A stretch of 64,000 bases of DNA. Origin: Candidatus Bathyarchaeia archaeon. Its GTDB lineage: Archaea > Thermoproteota > Bathyarchaeia > 40CM-2-53-6. Numbering within the stretch: position 1 is the stretch's first letter; each line of letters opens with the position of its first letter. Below are positions 10,632 through 20,217 of this stretch, piece by piece. The translations under genes and the position numbers were made by a program. The notes under the pieces were generated by a model, which ran no database searches, had not been told where the DNA came from, and worked only from the letters and a program-made list of their open reading frames with translations. The stretch lies in the NCBI GenBank assembly GCA_049513715.1, contig JBEKVV010000001.1:352001-416000 (forward strand). Direction: 5' to 3'.

Positions 10632-10788
10632 TTCGCTGGAGGGGTTTCGCCGCGGGGTTAAGTCGCCGGCATTGCCAACGGCTTGGCCCCTGTCGCCCAC
10701 GACACTAACACGCAAACTTCACGGAAGGGCTTCGCCCCACTCAGTTGGTTCTCTCGGGGGTGGGCGGCTTTGGTGCCTCCCCAGCGAA
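10632..10788. ncRNA. candidate structured non-coding RNA or MITE-like element of unknown class
   Basis: ends pair (TTCGCTGG 10632-10639 / CCAGCGAA 10781-10788); several internal GC-rich helices; no credible ORF. Confidence 0.4.
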
Positions 10789-10789
10789 T

Positions 10790-12502
10790 TCACTGTCCCC
10801 GCAGCCCATACACCATGTCAAGGTCCAACTCCATGGCTGCAACTGGGTCTTCGAGGTTCCAGTTCTCGAGAACCTGAGGGTGCACCTCTCCTATAACCCC
10901 CACTTCCCGGTCGCCCACAAGGATCGTCCCAGCTCGACCGCTTAGGAAACTCGGGTGCTCCGTGGGTTTGACGGTGAATTCGAGCCCGAGGTTCATCATC
11001 AGCGGTTCCAAGATGGATTTGATCTCTGTAAAGTTGGCCTTGGCGTGCGCGGACGTACAGCCAAGTCTGAGATTGTCCCGAGTTCGGTTGGGAAGTGATG
11101 TGCTCCAGAGGGTGCAATAGCCGACTTCGTATACTCTCTGTGGGTATTCCACATGCGTGTTGCTCGATAGAAAATCCATCAGGCTCGGAAGCAACCACGA
11201 CCGCAGACAGTTCATTGTCGCTATTTTTGGGTTGGCAATCTCAACCATCTGCGCTGGCTCGTGATTCATCTTCTTGAAGAGCTTCTCCGGATTCGTCATG
11301 ATGAATGTCAGAACCTCTTGGAACCCTAGGCCAACCATCAGTTCTCTTACCGTGTCTGAGAATTCCTCCATGACCGATAGGGATCCGATTGTTGCGTCCG
11401 CGGGCCAGCGCGGTTTCATGTTGTTGAGGCCGTAGGCTATGGCGATATCCTCGACGATGTCCACTGGATGGAGGATGTCAAAGCGGTAGCAGGGAACTAG
11501 GACGTTGATATCCCTGCTTGTTGCGCTGGTCACATCGTAACGTGCCCGCTTGAGCAATAATGTGATCTCGGCTTTGGTCAGCTCTAATCCTATCAGCTTT
11601 CTGATGTATTCAATGGGTAGGCCGATTCGCCGCTCTTTCATTTCGGGGGTCGTGACAATGTGGGGTCTTGGATAGGGGTAGTGAATTCGTGCGGGGTGAA
11701 TTTCTGCTCCCCTGTCTGAAAGCCCAACTGTCAAAATGGTAAGAGCGTTCATAACGGTTTCTTCTGATGTTCCGGTAATTTCGACCAAGAGATTCTTAGT
11801 GTCAGGAGTGACTTTTCCCAAGTCGTTTGAGTTTATGATTGGAGGGAATGATAGAACCTGACTCTCCGAGTCAAGCAGGATGGGGTATTTGTCGAATCCA
11901 CCAACAATGGGGCCGTACTCTATGCCCTTCGGGTGCTGAGCGAGGATTTCACGTAACGATAGTGGGGTGTTTGTGTCTAACGGAACGAATCTGATTTCAT
12001 CGGGGGCGGCCACTCCGTATCTTAGGGGTGGTTTGATCAAGTCGAAGTCGTAGAATCCAATTGACGATCTCTTTCTTCTTCTCCCGTAGCTTTGGTCCAG
12101 TTTCTCTTGCAAATGAACTAGGCTGCGGATGATTGTGTCATTGATTTTGGGGCTAAGGGCAACGGCGCATGCTATGAACGGTCTGATTTCTTTGAGTTCC
12201 TTGTCAACCGAGATCTCGACTGCCGGTTTCTTGGATATTGAGTACTTCTTGAGGCCGGTTTCAATTCCCTGTATCCCACGCAAGGCGCGGGCTATTCCTT
12301 CGGGGCTCCAAATGTCGGGGCGGTTCGAGTCCTTATTTTCAAGTTGAAGCTCAGTTTCGTCACGAATTGGCTCGGTTTGACTCAACCCAGACAGTTCACA
12401 TTTGACGGAATAGAGAAGTTCGTCAAGCTGCTCATGGTCTCTGGGCATTTTTCTGCCGTACAATTGCTCGAGGTCATCCATTCGCGCTGTGATTGTGACC
12501 AA
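10790..12502 (-). CDS. pheT: phenylalanyl-tRNA synthetase beta subunit
   Basis: NRPDIWSPEGIAR, PPIINS, RFDILHPVDIVEDIAIAYG. Confidence 0.97.
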   Translation of the reverse strand: MVTITARMDDLEQLYGRKMPRDHEQLDELLYSVKCELSGLSQTEPIRDETELQLENKDSNRPDIWSPEGIARALRGIQGIETGLKKYSISKKPAVEISVDKELKEIRPFIACAVALSPKINDTIIRSLVHLQEKLDQSYGRRRKRSSIGFYDFDLIKPPLRYGVAAPDEIRFVPLDTNTPLSLREILAQHPKGIEYGPIVGGFDKYPILLDSESQVLSFPPIINSNDLGKVTPDTKNLLVEITGTSEETVMNALTILTVGLSDRGAEIHPARIHYPYPRPHIVTTPEMKERRIGLPIEYIRKLIGLELTKAEITLLLKRARYDVTSATSRDINVLVPCYRFDILHPVDIVEDIAIAYGLNNMKPRWPADATIGSLSVMEEFSDTVRELMVGLGFQEVLTFIMTNPEKLFKKMNHEPAQMVEIANPKIATMNCLRSWLLPSLMDFLSSNTHVEYPQRVYEVGYCTLWSTSLPNRTRDNLRLGCTSAHAKANFTEIKSILEPLMMNLGLEFTVKPTEHPSFLSGRAGTILVGDREVGVIGEVHPQVLENWNLEDPVAAMELDLDMVYGLRGQ

Positions 12503-12503
12503 T

Positions 12504-14021
12504 CTAGAGGACCTTCTGTTTGCGCATCCAATCTAGGTCTTGCGCGAAGAGCAAGCGTATGTCGTCTACGCCGGCGCGCATCATGTATAATCTATCCACT
12601 CCGATTCCCCAGGCGATGACTGGCACCTTGATACCTAACGGGAGGGTGAGCTCGGGCCTGAAGATACCTGAACCGCCGAATTCAAGCCAGCCGTAACCCT
12701 CCTTGTAGGCCTGGAGTTCAACACTTGGTTCGGTGAACGGGAAGTAATCCGGCCTAAACCGAACCTTGTCTGCTCCTGCGATTTCGACTGCGAAACGTTC
12801 CAAGACCCCGAGTAGATCTCTTAGGGAGAGGTCGGGTCCGATCACTATCCCTTCAACCTGGTTGAACTCGGTCAGGTGGGTCCGGTCAACTTGGTCAGGC
12901 CTGAAGCATCTCGCGATGGAGAAGTATTTGCCAGGGATCTCAAGATGCCTGCTCACCAGAGTGCGTGCGCTCATTGCTGTGCCTTGGCTTCTCAATATGA
13001 GCTTCAGTGCTTCTTCGCGGGAGTATTTGTAGCCCCACCCTGTTGACCCTGTCTTCCATCCGTTCTCATGTGTTTCCGAAACCGGTCCCATGAACCTTTC
13101 ATGTTCCGCTAGCTCGCCGTGCTTGTCAGTCTTCACGAAATAAATGTCATGAATTTCCCTGGCGGGGTGGTCTTGGGGCATGAATAGCGCGTCACAGTTG
13201 AAGAACATCAGTTCCACAATTGGGCCAGACATTTCCCTGAAACCCAGGGCGACCAATCGCCTCTTCAAAATGTCTAGGAATTGTCGGTAGGGCTGTTTCT
13301 TCCCCGGCCATTCCGGTGCGACGGGAGCTTCTATGTTGTACCTCCGGAAGTTCAAGACCTTCCAGCGCTGGGACACTATCAACTCAGGGGTCAGGTCGCT
13401 CACTTCGGTCGGCACCGTGATGCCCTGTTCAAGTGCCTTCCAACCCTGTTGAGTCAATTCTATGTCTCGCTTCTTCTGTTTCCTGCTTTCGAGCAGCTGG
13501 CGCCGTCTCAGAATTCCAACGTAATCCCTGAGGTTCGGGGGAAGCTGTTCTAACGCTAGTTCTCTCTGGGATGCGATTGTTTCAAGCGTTCTCTCCAAGT
13601 CCGTTTTGTCCGGGATTCCAGCTGCTTTCAGGACAACCTTCCGGAGCTGACTGGTGACTTCACCCCATTTTGCGCCCTTGATTTGGCCTAGTGCAACGTT
13701 CGCGAGTTGTGGAGCAATACCGGCGCGTTTGGCTGCCTGTTCTAGTGTGGCCTCTCCGCCAAACTCAAGAACAGATTGTATGAGGCGCCTCTCAGGCAGG
13801 CCTTGTTTGGCATAGTCGAGGCCCTCATCTGTGAGGCGGAGGATGACCTGCTCAAGTTCATTCACTCGCACGAGTTGCTTCTCCTGGAGGTCTGCTAGTG
13901 CGCGCGTGACAGCTGAGCTGTCCTGCTTAGAGCCGGTGACAAGCTCGTCGAAAGAGCAGTTGCCACCGTACGCCTGCAATGCTTTGATGACTGCGGCTTC
14001 GTTCTCCCGCATTTCTACCAC
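12504..14021 (-). CDS. pheS: phenylalanyl-tRNA synthetase alpha subunit
   Basis: PQDHPARE, FNQVEG, YFPFTEPS, GIFRPE. Confidence 0.97.
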   Translation of the reverse strand: MVEMRENEAAVIKALQAYGGNCSFDELVTGSKQDSSAVTRALADLQEKQLVRVNELEQVILRLTDEGLDYAKQGLPERRLIQSVLEFGGEATLEQAAKRAGIAPQLANVALGQIKGAKWGEVTSQLRKVVLKAAGIPDKTDLERTLETIASQRELALEQLPPNLRDYVGILRRRQLLESRKQKKRDIELTQQGWKALEQGITVPTEVSDLTPELIVSQRWKVLNFRRYNIEAPVAPEWPGKKQPYRQFLDILKRRLVALGFREMSGPIVELMFFNCDALFMPQDHPAREIHDIYFVKTDKHGELAEHERFMGPVSETHENGWKTGSTGWGYKYSREEALKLILRSQGTAMSARTLVSRHLEIPGKYFSIARCFRPDQVDRTHLTEFNQVEGIVIGPDLSLRDLLGVLERFAVEIAGADKVRFRPDYFPFTEPSVELQAYKEGYGWLEFGGSGIFRPELTLPLGIKVPVIAWGIGVDRLYMMRAGVDDIRLLFAQDLDWMRKQKVL

Positions 14022-14201
14022 GGTTGGATAGCCTCCATTGAGCAGTCGGGCGTTTGCCGGCTGGTTAGAGTCATCGTACTAGAAGTTGATTGAACACGTA
14101 AATCGGACTGTGAAAACGCAGCCACCTACAATCATGAGGTACCACTCAAATGCCCGGTGCTAACGAGGTATCGGATTATATTAGATTGTTGAACGATTCC
14201 G

Positions 14202-15335
14202 TTATGCGTCCTTTGGATTGAAGAGGTACTCCTCAAAATGGTCCTTAGCTTTCTCTCGTTTCTCTTGGTGCTCGATGAGGAACTTCTTGACGCGTTCAGC
14301 CAGAACTTGCTTGCACTCTCCACACATGATGTTCCCGGCTAAGCAGTTGTAACGTAGATCTTCGACTTCCTTCTGGTTCATGAATAGGAAGTAGTCATAT
14401 GAGAAAACGGAGCAAATATCAGGGTTTGCGCCTAGCTTTCTTTGCTCATCAATTGTGGCTCTTCCTCCAGTGAAGGCAGCCATGACTTTCTTCGCTGCGA
14501 CCTGTGGTGAGTCGATTGTGAAAATCGAGGTCTCCGGCATCGAGGCAGACATCTTTCCACCCCGTCCGAGTCCTGGGACGAATCTGCAGTGAATTTGCGC
14601 AGGCTTATAGTAACCCAACTTGGGGGCAACGTCCCTCGTAATCCGCCAATATGGGTCTTGATCGATGGCGGCGGGGATGAGGCATGGGACGTTGTGGCCG
14701 ACCAGGTCCGATTCGATAAAGGCTGGCGCCGCCTGAACCGCGGGGTAGAACAGCATGCCAATGTTCGTGCTCTCCTGAAAACCAAAGACTGCCTTGACCG
14801 TGGAGAAATTCATGCGTTTCGCAATACGAATCGCCAAATTGTACATCGCGCCCATGTTCTTCGTGTCAAGAATGATTCTAGTTTTCTTGGGGTCGAAGCC
14901 TAGGGCTATTATATCTAACGCGTTTTCGTATGCCCACCGCTGAGGTTCCTCCAAACTGAATTCATCGTTGTAAAGGAACTTCTCATCATCCGTCATCTGG
15001 AAGTACAGTTTCGCATCAAACTTGTCCTGAAGGTACTTTGTGAATATCCACGGGGCCAAGTGCCCTATGTGAACTGGCCCGGAAGGGCCTCTACCGGTGT
15101 AGAGGACGAATTTTTCGCCCGCTTCGTACCGTTGAAGGATCCAATCGAAGTCTCGGTGTGAGAAGAAGATGCGTCGTTCCAGCTGTGGGTGTAATTCGCC
15201 TGTGAGTTTTCGTATTCGCTCAAGAGTTTCTGGTGTAATCGGTTGGGTGCCGAATTCCCTGGCCAGTTTATCGTAATCGATCTTGCCCGAGACTTCCCAC
15301 GGCGTTACGACCATTTCCTCGTCATTTGCTGACAC
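14202..15335 (-). CDS. trpS: tryptophanyl-tRNA synthetase
   Basis: VTPW, YTGRGPS, HIGH, DQDPYWR, KMSAS. Confidence 0.97.
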   Translation of the reverse strand: MSANDEEMVVTPWEVSGKIDYDKLAREFGTQPITPETLERIRKLTGELHPQLERRIFFSHRDFDWILQRYEAGEKFVLYTGRGPSGPVHIGHLAPWIFTKYLQDKFDAKLYFQMTDDEKFLYNDEFSLEEPQRWAYENALDIIALGFDPKKTRIILDTKNMGAMYNLAIRIAKRMNFSTVKAVFGFQESTNIGMLFYPAVQAAPAFIESDLVGHNVPCLIPAAIDQDPYWRITRDVAPKLGYYKPAQIHCRFVPGLGRGGKMSASMPETSIFTIDSPQVAAKKVMAAFTGGRATIDEQRKLGANPDICSVFSYDYFLFMNQKEVEDLRYNCLAGNIMCGECKQVLAERVKKFLIEHQEKREKAKDHFEEYLFNPKDA

Positions 15336-15501
15336 GTTCTAGACTCACCTACACTACTGGAATTCCAATGCTCTCTTGCCTTTCCTACTGCTAAGGGCTT
15401 CTGTTGGGCGAAACGTTTCCCTTGGCTAGGTTAAGGGTGGGAGAGAGCAGGATTTATTATGGTAGGTCCAAGGCAGAGAGCCTATCGTCGGGGCGGCCAC
15501 A

Positions 15502-15657
15502 GTGACCAAAAAGAATGGAACAATAGCGAGCATTCTTGTCGCAATATTCCTCGTGGTTGCCGCCCTCATTGATCTCAGGATAGCAGCAGCCATCGCGGCA
15601 GTCTACTTGATCGGTTTCGCAATCAACCGTGTGTTATCGAAGAGACGTAAGCAATAA
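15502..15657 (+). CDS. 51-aa two-helix membrane protein (below ORF-track cutoff)
   Basis: GTG start; MTKKNGTIASILVAIFLVVAALIDLRIAAAIAAVYLIGFAINRVLSKRRKQ; TATA-like tttattat ~45 nt upstream. Confidence 0.6.
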   Translation: MTKKNGTIASILVAIFLVVAALIDLRIAAAIAAVYLIGFAINRVLSKRRKQ

Positions 15658-15711
15658 TCGGCAAGAGCAAGCGGGTAAACGCTTCGAAGACTTCCAAAGG
15701 GGATTAGTTAA

Positions 15712-16608
15712 GTGAATGAAGGGCATGAGAAATTCATAGAATCCGGCAAGATCCTAGCAGCCGTTCGCGAGTACGTTCGAGGGCTTTCTATCCAGGGCAG
15801 GCCGATCCTTGAGGTTTGCGAGCTGGTGGAAGGGAAGATACGTGAACTGGGTGCTGGCCCGGCATTCCCATGTAATGTGGGGATTAACGATGTGGCCGCT
15901 CACTATACAAGCCCCTGGAGAGACACCAGTGTTATCCCGTCGAGCTCGATTGTGAAGATTGATTTTGGGGTCGAACTGGATGGTTTCGTGACGGATACAG
16001 CGATTGCAATTTCGCTTAATCCCGCTTATGACTCGATGGTTGTCGCCGCCGAGAACGCGCTGAAGGAGGCCCTTGCTGCCATTGCGCCAAACCGAAAGCT
16101 CTCTGATATCGGGAGCGTGGTTGAGCGTTGTATTCAGCGCTACGGATTTAGGCCGATAAGGAATCTAACAGGACATAAGATTGACCGTTACACACTTCAC
16201 GCGGGCAAGTCTGTCCCAAACGTGGCTGGCATCGAAAGTGGGAAGTTTGAGTTAGGAGAGGTCTACGCCATTGAGCCCTTCGTTACTTTGAGGGATGCTG
16301 AAGGGGCAGTGAAAGACTCATCGATGTCCTACATCTACCGGTTTGTGAAAACTAAGGGAGCTAAGTCTAAAGAAGCCAACCTTTTGGCCGAGTACATTCG
16401 GGACACCTACAAGACTCTGCCCTTCGCAGCCAGATGGGTTTACGGAGGATGGAAAGATGGAGATGTAGGCATCGCGTTCGAGGAACTTGCGAGAAACCGG
16501 TGCGTTGTCGGTTATCCAGTTCTAGTTGAGGCAAGCGGAAACGTCGTGGCCCAAGCGGAGCACACCATTCTCGTCACCGAGAATGGTTGCAGAGTGTTGA
16601 CTGCCTAA
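15712..16608 (+). CDS. map: type II methionine aminopeptidase
   Basis: AFPCN, AAHY, KIDFG, NLTGH, AIEPF, QAEHT. Confidence 0.97.
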   Translation: MNEGHEKFIESGKILAAVREYVRGLSIQGRPILEVCELVEGKIRELGAGPAFPCNVGINDVAAHYTSPWRDTSVIPSSSIVKIDFGVELDGFVTDTAIAISLNPAYDSMVVAAENALKEALAAIAPNRKLSDIGSVVERCIQRYGFRPIRNLTGHKIDRYTLHAGKSVPNVAGIESGKFELGEVYAIEPFVTLRDAEGAVKDSSMSYIYRFVKTKGAKSKEANLLAEYIRDTYKTLPFAARWVYGGWKDGDVGIAFEELARNRCVVGYPVLVEASGNVVAQAEHTILVTENGCRVLTA

Positions 16609-16997
16609 GTTTTCTTTGTCTTTGGTTCCTCGGCGTAAATGACGTCCACGCGCATCGTGCCTTTGCATTGTTGACATTGGCCAACATCTTTAGGCACGTA
16701 ATCACCCGTGCTGAAGGTTCTGACGACCTTGAAGCCGCAATTCGCGCAGATGACTACGCTTAGGACTTTAGCAGCTATCGTTTGAAGTACCACCATCCTG
16801 TGTCGCATTTGCCTAATTGACGATACTGACAACACGATTCCGACGGACGCCATGATTCCGTACACGAAGAACTGTGGAAACTCGGCGGTCTGGTAGTAGT
16901 TGAGTGCTTGAAACATGGCCCAAAGCGAAATCGCAAATATCACTAAGCTGAACGCGATCAACATGTACGCGTAGAACATTGACGGACGATTAGCCAA
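16605..16997 (-). CDS. membrane protein with C-terminal Zn ribbon
   Basis: two hydrophobic helices then CxxC…CxxC. Confidence 0.75.
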   Translation of the reverse strand: MANRPSMFYAYMLIAFSLVIFAISLWAMFQALNYYQTAEFPQFFVYGIMASVGIVLSVSSIRQMRHRMVVLQTIAAKVLSVVICANCGFKVVRTFSTGDYVPKDVGQCQQCKGTMRVDVIYAEEPKTKKT

Positions 16998-17007
16998 CCC
17001 ATGCCAC

Positions 17008-18138
17008 CTAGACTATTCCCGCAGTGTTACCGATTCCGGCAACTATGACTAGTTCTCCTTCCTTCGTCCGTTCAAGAACGAGGTGCTTGATCCGTTCGAT
17101 CACTGGCTCCGCGGCCTCAGCGATCTCCTTCTTCATCGTTGTAACTGCTTCCTGGATGCTTTGTTTGACTACGATTGCGAAGACGGGTATCCCGAACTTC
17201 GTCGCTTCTTCTTCGATCTTGAAGCGTTCCGTGCCAATTCCTCCGATTGCAGCACCAATTCCCTCGCTGATTTCCCCCGTTTTCTCACCTTCGAGCTTTA
17301 GCGCAGCGTCAACCATTATGATCATTGCTGCTTTACCATTGTTTTCTTGGAGAACTTGGCGGATTGCGTCGCCGGGCTTCCCAACATTTCCGCCAGGGCC
17401 TTCGGCCTTCATCGCGATTAACCTTCGGCCTTCGAGAACAGTTTCTGCGGCGACCATGTCCTTCTCAACCTTCCTGGTCTCGTGGTTGCGCATGAGCTTT
17501 GACGCCACCAACGCCCCAGCTCCGTCACCAATAGGGTGGCCTTCCGCGAATGCTTTCGTTGCCCCTTGGTAGGCTTCGGCCTCCATCATAATCAGTGGAA
17601 GGAATGCCTGCAGTTGAATTATGACCATGATGCTGAACGTCTTCTTTCCTAGAAGGTAGAGGTGTCGGACTACTTTGAACATGAAGTTCAGAGCCCACGC
17701 GGCCTCAACCAAGTTTTCTAAGTTATTCACCTGCACTGAGTTAGCCTCGGGCGCAATTCTCGCTACATCCGACTTGAACCTCGACTCCCTCACATCAAGC
17801 AAATGGTCGAATTTCTGAACAACACCTGCTGGGTCCATACTCACAGGCTCTATCAGAAACTGCTCCAGTAATGAATTCAGTCCAGGGGTTGGGTCATCTT
17901 TCGACTTACCGATTTCGCGGAGCATCTTCAAAGTCAGGCCTTTGGCGTCATTTCTCATGTTCTCAAGTTTTCTGACCGCTCCGTCAATCTGCATTAGTGC
18001 GATTCGGCTCTGAATTTGCTGTCCAAAGAACATGAACGCGAAGAATGAGGCGAAAAATAGTATGTTCACTAGATTGTTGATGTTACTCGAACCCAAGAGT
18101 CCTGTTTCTAAGGCGATGCTGGCAAAGAGGTCAAGCAA
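17008..18138 (-). CDS. DUF1512-family protein
   Basis: PVSMDPAG, PIGDGAG, VDAALKLEGE, GIGNT resemble this TACK family. Confidence 0.8.
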   Translation of the reverse strand: MLDLFASIALETGLLGSSNINNLVNILFFASFFAFMFFGQQIQSRIALMQIDGAVRKLENMRNDAKGLTLKMLREIGKSKDDPTPGLNSLLEQFLIEPVSMDPAGVVQKFDHLLDVRESRFKSDVARIAPEANSVQVNNLENLVEAAWALNFMFKVVRHLYLLGKKTFSIMVIIQLQAFLPLIMMEAEAYQGATKAFAEGHPIGDGAGALVASKLMRNHETRKVEKDMVAAETVLEGRRLIAMKAEGPGGNVGKPGDAIRQVLQENNGKAAMIIMVDAALKLEGEKTGEISEGIGAAIGGIGTERFKIEEEATKFGIPVFAIVVKQSIQEAVTTMKKEIAEAAEPVIERIKHLVLERTKEGELVIVAGIGNTAGIV

Positions 18139-18238
18139 GAGATTTTCCTCTAATATTATCGAGGATAAGCAAACTCATGCACGTAATAAACCTTCATTCA
18201 ATCGCTGATGACCGGGTAAACGAAAAACTAGTCAAAAT

Positions 18239-18365
18239 GGAGTCAGCAGCGGTCCGGGGCTCGCATGGCCTTTCGGAACACACTACTACCCGAATCGCCT
18301 GAGAGATTCACTTCCGTGTTCGGAATGGGAACGGGTCCTAGCTCTCAGCTATGGCCGCCAACTCC
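18239..18365 (-). rRNA. rrf: 5S rRNA (stand-alone)
   Basis: minus strand GGAGTTGGCGGCCATAGC…CCCGTTCCCATTCCGAACACGGAAGTGAA…GGTAGTA…GCTGCTGACTCC with paired ends. Confidence 0.95.
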
Positions 18366-18433
18366 AACCCACCACCACTTCACCGAATAATTAAACGTTA
18401 GCGGTGTAACTACTGCGCAGCTGGGAATCAGGG

Positions 18434-19585
18434 TTGCATGACGTTGCGATAATTGGCGTTGGGATGGCGCCGGTCACGTCAGGGTCCGGGAAGAGCTTGA
18501 TCGAGCTTTTCGTTGATGCAGCCGAACAGGCAATTGAGGACGCAGGCGTGGATAGAATTGATTCGATGTATGTCGGAAATATGATGTCTGGGTTCCTGCA
18601 AAATCAGGAGCACTTGGGCGCGTTGATGGCCACCGCGATGGGAAGAGAGGGCATGCCGGCGTACAAGGTTGAAGGAGCTTGCGCCTCAGGGGGAGTTGCC
18701 GCGAATGCTGGCGTGAAAGCCGTTCTATCAGGCCTTGAGGATGTAGTATTAGTTGGCGCGGTTGAGAAGATGTCAGGCTACAGCACACCTCATGTAACCT
18801 CTGGGCTCATGATGGCTGAAGACAAAGCGAGAGTGGGATCCACGGGTGTGACGTTCGTGGGCCTCAATGCGATGATCGCCAGGGAATACATGCACAGATA
18901 CAAGGTTCCGCACGAAGCTCTCGCCGAGTTCCCTGTCTTGTGCCACGAGAACGGTCTCGATAATCCGAAAGCCCAATTTCACAAGAAAATCACAGTTGAG
19001 GATGTTCTCAAGTCTCCTTTAGTCGCCGATCCGCTTACGTTGTTTGATTGTTCAGGAATAGGGGACGGCGCTGCTGCCCTAATCCTCACATCAGCGGAAA
19101 ATGCCCGCAAGTTCACAGATTCACCGGTCGCGATAGCCGCTTCTGCTGTTGCTACAGATCGGATCAGCCTTTACCGGCGCCCGGACATCACAACCTTCGA
19201 GGCGTCGCGAAAAGCTGTGGCCACCGCATACCAGAGAGCTCGAATAAATGCGGATGATGTTGACGTTTTGGAAGTCCATGACGCATTTTCCGTGTTGGGT
19301 ATCATGGCGCTGGAGGACTTGGGCTTCGCAGCAAAGGGAACTGGTTCTCGAATGGTCAAAGATGGCGAGTGCGCGAGAGACGGACGGGTCCCAACTAACA
19401 CGTTCGGCGGTTTGAAGGCGAGAGGGCACCCCGTCGGAGCAAGTGGAATGTACCAGATAGCAGAACTCGCCTTACAGCTATCGAATAAGGCCGAAAAGTG
19501 CCAGGTTGCCGACGCCAACGTGGGGCTCGCCCAGAGCGTTGGCGGAATAGGAACCACAATCACAGTTCACGTATTGAAAGGGTGA
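18434..19585 (+). CDS. archaeal acetyl-CoA C-acetyltransferase (thiolase)
   Basis: EGACASGG, DGAAA, EVHDAF, GHPVGASG. Confidence 0.93.
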   Translation: MHDVAIIGVGMAPVTSGSGKSLIELFVDAAEQAIEDAGVDRIDSMYVGNMMSGFLQNQEHLGALMATAMGREGMPAYKVEGACASGGVAANAGVKAVLSGLEDVVLVGAVEKMSGYSTPHVTSGLMMAEDKARVGSTGVTFVGLNAMIAREYMHRYKVPHEALAEFPVLCHENGLDNPKAQFHKKITVEDVLKSPLVADPLTLFDCSGIGDGAAALILTSAENARKFTDSPVAIAASAVATDRISLYRRPDITTFEASRKAVATAYQRARINADDVDVLEVHDAFSVLGIMALEDLGFAAKGTGSRMVKDGECARDGRVPTNTFGGLKARGHPVGASGMYQIAELALQLSNKAEKCQVADANVGLAQSVGGIGTTITVHVLKG

Positions 19586-19594
19586 GAATAGCAG

Positions 19595-19921
19595 TTGAGT
19601 GAAGTAAAAGGCGTCCCAGGTTTCGTATGTCCAAAGTGCAAGTGGTCCGGCGTTTTCCAAACTGGACCTTGTCCAAGCTGCCACAATTCCACCGTGGAGG
19701 AAACCTTGTTTTCCAATCGGGGAAAGATAGCCACGTTTACCGTGATTAGATATCCACCGACTGGTTTCGAGGGCGAAAGCCCCTACGTGGTCGGATTGAT
19801 AGATATTGAAAACGGCCCGAGAGTGATGGCAAGAATCATCGCGAAAACCGATGACGTTCAGATAGGCAAGTCAGTGTCTTTCTTAGGAGATTCTAAGGGC
19901 AGATTGGAGTTCACACTCTGA
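19595..19921 (+). CDS. DUF35 Zn-ribbon/OB-fold thiolase partner
   Basis: CPKC…CPSC then OB fold; adjacent to thiolase. Confidence 0.9.
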   Translation: MSEVKGVPGFVCPKCKWSGVFQTGPCPSCHNSTVEETLFSNRGKIATFTVIRYPPTGFEGESPYVVGLIDIENGPRVMARIIAKTDDVQIGKSVSFLGDSKGRLEFTL

Positions 19922-20217
19922 CTTGTCTCTTCACCGCCATGTGAATGAATTGTACACTCCTCGCAGTTAGATCTCTGTGAACTGACGAACCACGGAAGGA
20001 GCCTTTCTCAAGCCCTCTGGAGCGTGTGACCGCGGAGCATTGACATTAGCCATTCCGAATTCAAAAGATGCTTTGTCTTTCCAAATTGAGAGCGCGGCCG
20101 AAGCCAAAGCCAAGGCGGCCCAGAAAAAAGATGCCTAGCATATGTTATACACGAAGAGGAGGGTGAATACACTGGCAGGCTCCAGGCATAAACATCGACT
20201 CGGTTCCGGGTGGAGAT

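Noticed and set aside
10632..10788. RNase P RNA, SRP RNA or T-box
   Set aside because: The GAGGAAAGTCC, SRP helix-8 and GGTGGNACC signatures are absent.
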